DNA of 61,352 bases, filler included, from Nemertoderma westbladi (Eukaryota > Animalia > Xenacoelomorpha): the NCBI GenBank assembly GCA_032718475.1. It is 3 parts of 3 records of this genome, joined end to end, with 100 filler letters (N's around TTAATTAATTAA, not from the genome) between each part and the next. Parts side by side here need not be neighbours in the genome. Positions count along the whole stretch, not along the records: positions 25,609 to 47,011 come from JAUCBJ010008066.1; 2 more parts are not named here. One strand, given 5' to 3'. Position numbers and translations under genes: made by a program. The stretch's first letter is position 1, and the number at the start of each line of letters is the position of its first letter. Below, piece after piece: positions 35,721 through 47,111 of this stretch. A model generated the notes under the pieces. The model searched no databases, was not told where the DNA came from, and worked only from the letters and a program-made list of their open reading frames with translations.

Positions 35721-37089
35721 TGATGTCCTTCAGCCCCGGGATGCACCACAGCGCTTGTTTTATTGTACTAACTAACTGACACCTGGCCGCCCGGTTGGAC
35801 TTAGATTAATTACTGGCACCCGGTTGCACTCGCTGACAAGTGGTTTGACTAACTAGCACTAGGTTGGACTTGTTGGCACTTGGTTGCATAGGGCCTGCTA
35901 TGGTTAACTAAATACTGGCCCCGAAACAGCGAAAGTAAAGGTACATACTGTATTATATTATATGTTAATAAATTCACAAAGACAGACACGACGGTTTTCA
36001 ATATCTGTGCGAATGTTTATTCCCGTAGCATTATCATTGCTGCTTCTACAGTACCGGTATCAGTCTATAGTCTATACTATGTTAGTGCCATATACTGCAG
36101 CAACCAACAACATTCTATATAGCCAGGTTCATTGAGGGATATATCTTTTTACAGAACACAGCAGAACACAGTAGAACACAGCAGAACACAATAGAATACA
36201 GGCGGAACATAGGCGAACACAGCTGTAATTAAAATGTACACCAAAAAATAACACACTTGGGGATAGTACCGGATTTATAGATATAGATAATATATATAAA
36301 TTGAAATGAATATACTAAAATAACTAACCTCTCTTTTGTGGTAGGTGTCAAGTCATTTGTTTGTATCATATCTGAGGTATCTTCAATGGCATCTGTAGAG
36401 GTAGTCATGGTAACCTGTGAAGGAGTGTTGTCTGAAATGCCATTTAGATGTCACTTGTTATTTTAAAGTGATTTGTAGTCACATCTTGATTGTTTTTTAT
36501 TGGCATAAATATTGTTATAAAGTTATTATTTTGAAACAGAGTGGAATGAGATTAAATTGATGAACAATAAAAATATTTCAAACATGGGTATATCTTTGGA
36601 ACCATATATCACCGTTATAACAAAACAGGTTTAGCTCTCAGTATACCAAAATTTTCCAAAACTAATATTCAATAAAATGTGGCAATTTGTTTTTAAAATA
36701 ATGGTATTGTTCTAGAATGGTAGCTATTTTTCTAAAACATGTCAGTTTTCATTTAACAGCGTTCCCATGGTAACAATAATTATATTCCAGAATTTTATGT
36801 CACATTTAGAATTGTTAGACCAGTAGCTATCTTTTTCAAAAGATGCGATGAATTTATATTATAATACTACAGCATGTTTGTTGTTTTACCATTTCCATGA
36901 CAACCGGTGATAACACCAAGTCAGCTACCGATTGAGATTTGTTATCATATCAAAATGAATGGCCAGAAGCTAGGTCTTCCCAAAAATATAAGTTCCGGGT
37001 GGTTACCAAAAAGTATCCCCTATGCTGGCTGGCCCATGGACTACAGTATATACTGAATAAGCGACATGGTTATTTTTACTGAACCTTCT

Positions 37090-37560
37090 CACCTCCTACG
37101 TAACGGAACCGCACCCGCTTTACTACCCCAGAAACACACGGTAGCAGCCACACAGTCGTTCTCCTACCTTGGCCCATATCTGTGGAATAAACTCCCCAAT
37201 GCGATCAAAGAAATTAAGAGTGTGGAAAGTTTTAAGCATAAGTTAAAGGGTCATTTTTTATAACTTTTATCCGCATCAATGAATCGTCTTCATATAAGTA
37301 ACTTATAATTTTTACCATCTATATTTTCATTATATATCATTTGACCACCACATTAACTCAAACAAAAGATTGAAGATCCATTTTTATAATTTTTATTTAA
37401 TAGTAAATGTTTTATATTTTTGTTTTATACATTATTTTAGAATTTTTATCCTGCACGACCTTATATACCTTTTATTCTGAACCCCAATCTACAGGACCCC
37501 TGTGGAAATGAGACTGTCTCTCAGGGTAATCCTGGACAAACAAAGCTTACACTATGACGA
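37090..37560 (+). mobile_element. 3' end of an L2/CR1-group LINE
   Basis: SFSYLGPYLWNKLPNAIKEIKSVESFKHKLKGHFL* terminal motif. Confidence 0.7.
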
Positions 37561-38774
37561 TACAGAACTATTTACTCTACTCTGCCGTGCAATTACTAAC
37601 TCTATACTGTATAAAATATATTATAATTTTTAATTATTTTTACATTCTCAAATATGGTGCGTATATTTTATATTATATTATATTATATATATTTTACTTC
37701 GTTTGTCAAATAAATAATTCCAATTCCAATGCCTAATTAAGTTAAAAGGTAAGTGAGGATACGAGTGATGTGTGGGCGTGGGGTAAGAATGGTATGCTAT
37801 CTGCTTTACATGCTTACGATATATATCCGATACTCCGCTTCCTTATTGTATTTACATATAGTGCTTTTGTTGTCGCAATTGTCAACGGTGGCTGGTGTAA
37901 TGGGACTACCCGACTAGCCACCGACTACTTGATTAACTATTTTAATTAATCGCGTCAATTTATTAATTTGTAGTGAATTGTTTGATAAAAATAATAATAA
38001 TAATCTCTAAAATCACATACGGATTATTCTCCATAGGAATCCATTACATACGCGTATGTACATACGGATACGGTAAATGCATACGGATACGGATACGGCG
38101 AAAAGTTATACCCATAGCAGTAGTAGGGTCTTGGGCGGCTCTGCGACAGTTAGACCCAACTGACACCCATTGGGTGTCATATGACACCCAATTATCACCC
38201 TATGGGTGTCATTGGCGCCAGACTGTCTGGGTGACACCTCCCAATTAGGCTAATTAGACCCTAATTGAAAGGTGTCATCAATTAATTAGTACAATTAAAC
38301 CCTAACAGATGTCATATGACTCCTAATTAGGGTTTAATTGATTATCCTAATTAATCAGACTGATTAGCGCCCTGACACACAATGGGTCATCAGTGTTGTC
38401 TAACTGTCGCAGAGCCGACTCAAGAGGGTGTCATAAGTGACACCGCAGCCCTTTTTTTCATTAATACTTATTTATTTATATTTAATTTTAATTAATTATT
38501 TGTATTCTATTTTACTTTATTTATTCATTTGTACTTTATTTTAAATTAAATATTTGTATTACTTTTACTTTATACATTGATTTCTATTTTTAGATTAATT
38601 AGTTTTTATATTACCAACGAGATCACTATGACATAATGTCTATATTTAGCTCCATGGTTTATAGATCCCTTATCGTTAACTTTATAATCTTTCCTCTCGC
38701 GGCCCCTTTGTCTTCGTTATTCAATGGCGCCACTCTGTCTACCATTGAATAACATTGGGCAATCATTATCTCGC

Positions 38775-38880
38775 CTGATGTGACGTCATCAAAGCTGCTC
38801 TCTGATTGGTTTAATTATACAATCTTTTCTCCCTCCTGTTCCCTGATTGGCTAACCCATTCTAGCCCCCTCTATAATAGC
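38775..38880 (+). promoter_or_regulatory. Pol II promoter of the 569-aa ORF
   Basis: TGACGTCA (CRE) ~38781, two CTGATTGG (inverted CCAAT) ~38802 and ~38843, TATAATA ~38872. Confidence 0.65.
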
Positions 38881-38997
38881 CCCCGTTCACCACATTCCCA
38901 ATCATTGTCTCTTTGTTTTCCTGAAAAGTTTTAATTATTTTCGTAAAAGTATTTATTTATTTTTATTTCCTAAACGAGTTACCGGTACACAATCACG

Positions 38998-40707
38998 ATG
39001 GCACATTCAGAAATCAGCTATTCAAGCAACGATCTGGTTTGCAACGAAAATCAGTTTATGCTACAAGACAACTTGTTTGGTCTATATTTCGATTCGGCGA
39101 ACAAACTCTTCCCGTTAACGATAAATACAACCTTAAACCAACCCATCCCGATTCCGGCAAACTACGCGCACTTTATTTTCCGCGCCTGCTACGAACTTCA
39201 CGATGGACAATATCAAACCCTCGACGATAATAAACTTCATTCCTCCAACCACGGTTTCAAACTTTTAAAAAGGGACAACAAAATAACGTTCAATCTAACT
39301 ACTTCGCCTGAGACGTTTATGATTCCAACTAGCATAGTCGATTTTATTCGAGAAAACATCAACCAAGATGTGGCAAATCGTTTACTGGGTTTAACCACTC
39401 TCGTAACCTCCTTCTTCTCCGATGATCGCTTATTCGATTTTCATAGTATCGCAAACTCGATTCTTCTTCTCATCTGGAACTCGTCGACTCTGACCGAGGA
39501 AGAGGAGACTCGTTTCTTTAAACTTTTCGAGATTGATGTTCTCGCTTTCGGCGAGAAATTGAATGAGCTCACATGCATTTACGCCAATAAAGTCTCCTAT
39601 TACTTTGGATTCAATTATAGAGTTGGCACCTATGGAAGTATTAACCCAGTGAATCCACTCGAGTTAATAAAGCTGGAAGACACTGTAAACAGTTCATGGA
39701 TCACCTTTTCCGTCGCCTGCGCCAATTTATTTCAACAATATGTAAACATCTGTCGCCCTTTTATTAATCCTACTACTCACCTTGTCCTAAAACCGGGCAA
39801 TTGGGTTGCTTTTGACTATTGCACTTTTGGGTTTGTTACAAATATTCGGAACGAGCGCAATTTAGCGATCACCAATGGCTACAGGGTTGACGATGGAAAG
39901 GCTATTGTTTCTTCTAGGGGCATGATTCTTCTTACACCAAGCGAGGTCGGCGAATTGAAATGGTTCGTTGCAACCTTCGAGGATAGTGAATGTGTCTGCT
40001 ACGATGAACTTATCGTCTACAAAGACAACATTTCCGAGCGAATATCGATACAAAGTTGTATCAGTGATTCAGAAATTGATTTACAGATAACCGAGAGAAA
40101 ATTTAACGAATCCTTTACTATAGCTAACACGATTCAAGCGCGCGAGGCTCTAATCAGATTCAAGGCTATGGCTATACAATTTGCTTTCAAACCAAAGCAG
40201 ATTACGATCCCCAATCACCAACGCTATCTCATAAATAGCAGTATCGCAGCCTTTATCTATAAGTTCAAATCCGAAAAATATGTCGCTATCTGGCCCATTT
40301 TAATGAAAGACGAAGAGAATACCACTTTTCAGTTCACCAACGGTCTCAATATTAGGGGCAGCGATTTTCTCACGATAAATATAACCAACCCACCCAACTC
40401 TCACTACTATCTACGTCCTTACATTCATATCGAGAACAAACCAACAGAAATTATATTCACCAATACGAAAAATACCAACACTATCACCCTACCCAATGAC
40501 TTTACCATCGCGCGCCTTTTCAATTCACTAAAACGCTCTCTCAGAGAAGGCATCTTTCTCCCGCAGCAAACACACCTTAATCTATTTCAGCCCCCAAGAA
40601 AAGGTTATCTCAACAAACTATTAAAGAGAAAATTATCGCAGCCATTAATAGTATCGGACCCTAAAAGGGTTAAACCAGTTATTCTCGGAGGCCAGCAACC
40701 CTATTAA
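38998..40707 (+). CDS. Orphan 569-aa protein, possibly with tandem PC4-like ssDNA-binding domains and a C-terminal NLS
   Basis: Intact single-exon ORF; AATAAA at ~40725; FIYKFKSEKYVAIW..NGLNI and DDGKAIVSSRGMILLTPSEVGEL resemble PC4 by eye; KRK..PKRVK tail. Confidence 0.8.
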   Translation: MAHSEISYSSNDLVCNENQFMLQDNLFGLYFDSANKLFPLTINTTLNQPIPIPANYAHFIFRACYELHDGQYQTLDDNKLHSSNHGFKLLKRDNKITFNLTTSPETFMIPTSIVDFIRENINQDVANRLLGLTTLVTSFFSDDRLFDFHSIANSILLLIWNSSTLTEEEETRFFKLFEIDVLAFGEKLNELTCIYANKVSYYFGFNYRVGTYGSINPVNPLELIKLEDTVNSSWITFSVACANLFQQYVNICRPFINPTTHLVLKPGNWVAFDYCTFGFVTNIRNERNLAITNGYRVDDGKAIVSSRGMILLTPSEVGELKWFVATFEDSECVCYDELIVYKDNISERISIQSCISDSEIDLQITERKFNESFTIANTIQAREALIRFKAMAIQFAFKPKQITIPNHQRYLINSSIAAFIYKFKSEKYVAIWPILMKDEENTTFQFTNGLNIRGSDFLTINITNPPNSHYYLRPYIHIENKPTEIIFTNTKNTNTITLPNDFTIARLFNSLKRSLREGIFLPQQTHLNLFQPPRKGYLNKLLKRKLSQPLIVSDPKRVKPVILGGQQPY

Positions 40708-41094
40708 TATAAACAGTCTTTTTCAATAAAACTATTCTGATTATATCTTTTGTTAATGTTGATGTTCTTATATTATTTATTATTAATGTTGTTGGTAAAT
40801 TATTTATCTGATGTTGTTATATTATTTATTATTGATGTTGTCGGTAAATTATTTATTCTTGTTTCCCCATAATGTTTAAAAAATATACGATGCTTAACCG
40901 GCTATTTTTCATTTTTCTCTACTAGTTAATCTATACTATGAGAGCGAGCCATGAAATAAGTGAGTCTCAGCATACCATTAATGACCCCTACTGCTCGTTC
41001 ATAATCATTTTGAATGTTAACCCCTAAATAAACAGCCAATCCCTATGAATTCTTTACAAACTCGATATGCAAGTTGTTTATCAGAGTTGAATTT

Positions 41095-41461
41095 AGGCAC
41101 TGAGGCATAGACTATGACTCACTGAGGCATAGACTATGCCTCACTGGGGCACTGAGGCATAGACTATGCCTCACTGAGGCATAGACTATGACTCACTGAG
41201 GCATAGACTATGCCTCACTGGGGCACTAAGGCATAGACTATGGCTCACTGAGGCATAGACTATGCCTCACTGAGGCATAGACTATGCCTCACTGAGGCAC
41301 TGAGGCATAGTCTATGCCTCACTGAGGCACTGAGGCATAGTCTATGCCTCAGTGAGTCATAGTCTATGCCTCAGTGAGGCATAGTCTATGCCTCAGTGAG
41401 TCATAGTCTATGCCTCAGTGAGACATAGTCTATGCCTCAGTGCCTCAGTGAGGCATAGTCT
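41095..41461. repeat. Palindromic 22-bp repeat array with orientation switch
   Basis: (ACTGAGGCATAGACTATGCCTC)n changing to (GAGGCATAGTCTATGCCTCAGT)n. Confidence 0.95.
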
Positions 41462-41699
41462 GTGTCAGATCTTAAATGAGAGTCTTACAAATTCGAACGT
41501 CAACGAACAAATTCGAAGGTTACTGTTCCACCTTGGTGTAGTGGTTGCGTTGAATTCACTTCTCCCGTATGTCATGGGTTCGATCCTCACATGAACCAGG
41601 GCAGTTTTCGTTTGGTTAGCAATAGGCCTAACGTTGCAAAATGCAGTATTATTGCCTAGTAACCAATTCATGGCTATCGTATGGTTTTCACTTTAAGGC

Positions 41700-42352
41700 A
41701 TTTCGCCCTCTAGCGGCAGACTGGGGAACTTCAGACTACTCTGTGACTCTGCAAAAGATATAGCCTATGCCGTAGTAGATGGCGATTGGGGGGTCAAATT
41801 AGGTAATAATATATCTAAATAAGCCACAAACATCTTGCCTCATGGCTCGCCCCTTAGAACTCTTAAGCAATATAACTTCATAGTTTTGCGGATTGTAAAT
41901 AACAAAGCTAGAGAAGATGTAAATTTTTAAATAATACGCCCTCTAGCGGTAGACTGGAGAACTTCAGACTACTCTGTGACTCCGCAAAAGATATAGCCTA
42001 TGCCGTAGTAGATGGCGATTGGGGGGTCAAATTAAGTAATAATATATCTAAATAAGCCTCAAACATCTTGCCTCATGGCTCGCCCCTTAGAACCCTTAAG
42101 CAATATAACTTCATAGTTTTGCGGATTGTAAATAACAAAGCTAGAGAAGATGTTAATTTTTAAATAATACGCCATCTAGCGGTAGACAGGGGAACTTCAT
42201 ACTACTTTATGGCTCCGCAAAAGATATGGCCTAAGCCGTACTGTAGTAGATGCCTACCGAGTTTAAACCCATTCGGAATGAAAATAGCAAAGTTAGAGAA
42301 GATGTTAATTTCAGATCATACGCCCTCTAGCGGCAGACTATGGAACTGCAGA
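41700..42352 (+). repeat. 233-bp tandem repeat (two full units plus truncated units)
   Basis: gcc(c/a)tctagcgg at 41705, 41938, 42171, 42322. Confidence 0.9.
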
Positions 42353-45300
42353 CGGCTGGATATAGGTAAGAGTAATTAGTAATCAGAGCTGTCACGGGAT
42401 GGGGGGCGGGGCGCTTGGATACAACTATTATTATTAAGCTGTTGCTTGGTTAAAGCTAATTGGGGGTCAAAGGTCAAAGGTCAACGATAAAGCTGTCTGG
42501 AGTAATTAGTTACCAGTAAGGGAGCTGTATACCCTATGTCTAAGTATAACGAGATGAAAGTCCATGAGGTCATATAGAAACCAATATATAAAACTAATTA
42601 TTGGTAAATCTAAAATAAAGTACAATTAATTAATTAAAATTAAATATAAATAAATAGGTATTAATGAATAAAAGAGCCGCGGTGTCACTTATGACACCCT
42701 CTTGAGCCGGCTCTGCGACAGTTAGACAACACTGATGACCCACTGTGTGTCAGGGCGCTAATCAGTCTGATTAATTAGGATAATCAATTAAACCCTAATT
42801 AGGAGTCATATGACACCTGTTAGGGTTTAATTGTACTAATTAATTGATGACACCTGTCAATTAGGGTCTAATTAGCCTAATTGGGAGGTGTCACCCAGAC
42901 AGTCTGGCGCCAATGACACCCAATGACACCCATAGGGTGATAATTGGGTGTCATATGACACCCAATGGGTGTCAGTGTGGTCTAACTGTCGCAGAGCCGC
43001 CCAAGACCCTACTACTCACAGCTGCAGAGGTTGTCTGGTTGTTAGTACTGGTACCGGTACTGGCTGACTTCGTCTTTCCGTAAGCAGGGATGGAAAATAG
43101 GGTTTTACTTTTCAACGTATGCCGTACGTATCCACGTACAGTATGTGCGTACGTATCCACGTATCTATACATTTCATTGGGCGATTTGACATACGCGTAT
43201 GCATACGCGTATACTGTTTCCTGATTGGTCCAGATGAGATACGAGAGAAATGTATGCAAAACGCTTAGGCCTCAGTTAATTAGATTCGACACAGCCCATG
43301 GGACCGGTACATACAGTTTAATATGCTAAAAAGCCGAAACAACTGGAAACACATCACAGATACGATTTGGAATACAGTACTGTTCTCCAGTGGCAGTGGC
43401 GTTGCGTAGCGGGGGGGTGGGGGCGAGTCGACCCGGGCGCGCTCAGGCCAGATGGGGGCGAAAAATAAGCCGGAGCCAAGCAGCCAAGCTTTTAATACTG
43501 TACTGTATGTAATTTATGTATTGAAACCCGTTTTGTTGACCGCACGAAAAATGTTATTACACCCCACCAACGATTGTATATGGATACTCACATCGACTGT
43601 CAATATCTTCACCGAATTATTGTCTACTGTTGCTAGTTTCTTCCTCTCTCTTTCAATATACTGTATAAACAGTCCTAATAGTCGCCTCTTTCGGAATGGG
43701 CAGTAAATCACATAGGGTTTGGCAGCTTTTAACAATGCTATTACTGTAACTACCGTTATTTATATCTAGAGCCCAGGTCATAAATATTCATTTCAGAAAA
43801 TATATATATTTAATTTAGTAATTCAATTTATTAATGAAACAAAGTACCCAGCAAGACACATCCGGCTAATATCCGGATAATATCCAGCTAAACCGCGTTA
43901 AACCCCGCTAGCTTTGTTTTTGGCGTTTTAATATCCAGCTAATAGCTGGATAATAGTATCCGCCAATTCTCTGGAGAAAATAATCCACTAAATATCTGGA
44001 AAAAATCGTTGATCTAGCTTCACTTTAGCGTCGAATAAATGGACCTAATAAATCACGGGGTTTTAGCGTCAATTTAGCATGTAGAGAAGCTAAAACTAAC
44101 TGAGAGTAGCGGGATTTTAGCACCAATTTAGTCGCTAAATATACAGTACTTTTTACAAATTCCATATCATTTTACCAACAACTTGTCTCAAGAAGTTCCA
44201 AGAGGTTTCCACTGGCCAAGAACCTCCAAGAGGTGAAAATTTCCTCAAAGAGGGACCAAGAACCCTCAAGAGTGACCAACAGAGTTTTGCCTTCAAATCA
44301 AATCAGGAATGTCGAACTTTTCAGAAGATGATTCCTTCTTCTTGATTGGACATTGTGATTAAATTAATAGACAACATTTTTTTTACCGCACACTACTGCT
44401 GTATCAATATCGTTCCATATTGTTTGTGTATTATCAGATAATGTATTATTCTTTATTAATATGTTTCAAAACGTTTTCAGTTCCACACCACACTATGTTT
44501 AAAGGACGCCAATTTAAAAGTAATAATAATGAGCGAAAGTGGTAGTATCAAAACCATTAACCAACCCAAATATCCCCAATTCCTAAGAACTAGTAACCTT
44601 ATATAAGGGACTTTACAAGTGGGCTGTAAACATGACCTCATTAATGCGCCACTATCTGGCATCACAACATTATAAGCATAAAAAAATGTTAGGCAGTTTT
44701 ATACTTTGAGTTCTGTGTGCCACATGAACGAAGCCCCGCTTTAAACATTCTTGCCGCAACTATTGGAGACCCATGAGAAGAGTTGGCCAATAATTGTGCG
44801 AAGTTGGTAAAAGGATGGTGGACGGAGACGTGGGGGGGTTGTACTTGACACAAATCCCTCTCGGTGAATTAATATCTCGTCTCATTGTTAATTTATTATC
44901 AATAAATTAATGAAAAGGTATAGGATAGAGTGGCACTTTTCAAACGAAAACAATAAATTAAACTGAATAGCACTACATATCGTTACTTATTCAATTTTCA
45001 CCCATGATGTAATAATCTATGAGACAATGTTTAGATTAGGTACAACATATGCAGACATTACCAGTGAAATACCCCAATTTGACATTTTAAAATACTGTAA
45101 TGTACTGTAATAACTTTAATCACTACAGTAGCTGAACTAAATTAAATATGAACCAACACATTCAATAATGATGATCGTTCACTTTTCATTCACTTTTGTG
45201 TCCCTTTATTTATATCAACAATACTGTACTTCGAAAATACATATCCAGCGATTAGCGTGCTAATAGCGGGATGTACCATCCTGCGAATATCCCGCTATCT

Positions 45301-47011
45301 TTATAAGGTTATATCCGGATAATCGCCGTAACAGCGTCACGTACAGTCTTGTTTGTTATTCAGTACTGTACTTGAGTTTGGCGGTGCCGGTGGTTGTTGG
45401 TACAGCAAAAATGAACACCGCAGTACACCCATCATTGCATCATCTTGCTTTTTAAGGAGTTGACAGTCATACTTAATAAGCAGCAAAGGCAATTCCTATT
45501 TGATTGGTGATTGGCTGGAACACCTTTTCCATCTTTTGCTTTAGGCCTACATATAGAGTGCTTGTGCTACATACAGTTTTACTAATTGGTAGTACAGTAG
45601 TATCACTGTCATTCATACAGTCATAGGCCTACTACAGTACTATACCGTGTATACTGCTATACTACTGTAAACTTTGCTCATACTATTCAGCTATTTCTTC
45701 ACACTTCAGTACCAGTAACTGCAGTATTTTTGTATTTAGCGTAGTCAGGCAGTAGCTAAGTTTGTCAGTAGGCCTATACACTACAGTACAGCGCCAGACA
45801 GCCTGATAGCAGTTGTAGGTGTAGCCTTGCTGCCTTGTACAGTTCAGTTAGGAACTTTCACCCGTCAAACGGCTGGACAGACACCCCTCAAACGGGTGGA
45901 TGAGTTTGTATTTCTCCACACAAATCCCTATTAAAAATTAAAATTAAATTCGCATTGCTATTTTTTTAGACGCACGAGTAAAATTGGTATTGTGACATAG
46001 AGCAGGCAAAACTACATATTTTGGTCCTGTAAAAATTAAAATTACAGCATAGTTAACTTTTAATTAAGAATTAATTGAATTCCACCCGTCAAACGGGTGG
46101 ATTTGTACAATTTTATCTGCTACTCGTCATCCCCCTGAGGCAAGCAGATTCCTTCCCATCTATGGAGCCAGGCTGCCAATCAACACACCAGAGAGCAGAC
46201 CTCCACTGTCTACCACTACCATCCTTCCTAGTATACACACACACACACTGTGTACTAATTGAGGCAGCCAGCATAGCATTGGCTTTCTTATTATACTTAC
46301 TGTATTACATATTACTCTGCAGCTCTTGTCCGACATTAGCTGAGTTACCTAACATGGCATCTGCTATGCCTTAGGCAAACCTACACAAAAGCGCCCGGCT
46401 GATGGCTGGTGGGGTGGCTGCTGGGCTGGACTGCTACACTACACTACTGGTAGTATCCTAATTATATCCCTTTATGAAGACATTAAGTTAATATACTGGC
46501 GGTAAGTTACTGGCGGTAAGTTACAAGTTATTTCTTTATGCTCTATGAAGTTAAGTTCTCCTTCACACAGGCTAGAGCAGAGGACTAGGACACCATTTCA
46601 CAATTCCTTCAATTTGCTGATTTGGCCTTGAATTGCTGACTTGCACTGGCGCCCAGCCAGCTCATTTCTGCATTACTGCTCAGTTCATTTTTGACTGTTT
46701 GGCTAACCATAAGTCTGTAAGTAAGAGTAATGTAAAAATATGATAATTGAAATCCTGATCCCGAAATTAATTAAAGTTAATTAACTCAATTAGGCAAAAA
46801 TAATTAATTTAATTAATTACAGTTATAAAATACAGTTAGGTACGGTATTCACAGCGAGATTTGATTGCACAGTGATAGCAAACCTCACAGTCGTGGTGCA
46901 CAGATTTTCTAAATTGGAGCCAAATTTTTCTAAAAACCGTAAATTAGAATTGCATGAATTATATGAATTGCATGAATTTTGTAACAGATTCCTCCATCTT
47001 ATTGCTGTATT

Positions 47012-47111
47012 NNNNNNNNNNNNNNNNNNNNNNNNNNNNNNNNNNNNNNNNNNNNTTAATTAATTAANNNNNNNNNNNNNNNNNNNNNNNNNNNNNNNNN
47101 NNNNNNNNNNN
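47012..47111. other. Assembly gap spacer
   Basis: N-run + TTAATTAATTAA + N-run. Confidence 0.95.

Larger units (their letters stand above)
38119..43016 (+). mobile_element. Non-autonomous Polinton/Maverick-like element (4.9 kb)
   Basis: AGTAGTAGGG...CCCTACTACT termini, ~400-bp TIRs (38119-~38505, ~42615-43016), flanks CATAGC/CACAGC (6 bp, 1 mismatch). Confidence 0.82.

Noticed and set aside
41095-41461. CRISPR-like palindromic repeats
   Set aside because: No spacers between units
43847-45330. CCCAGCAAG start with ATATCC(G/A)G repeats, EnSpm-like
   Set aside because: No matching opposite terminus or TSD found
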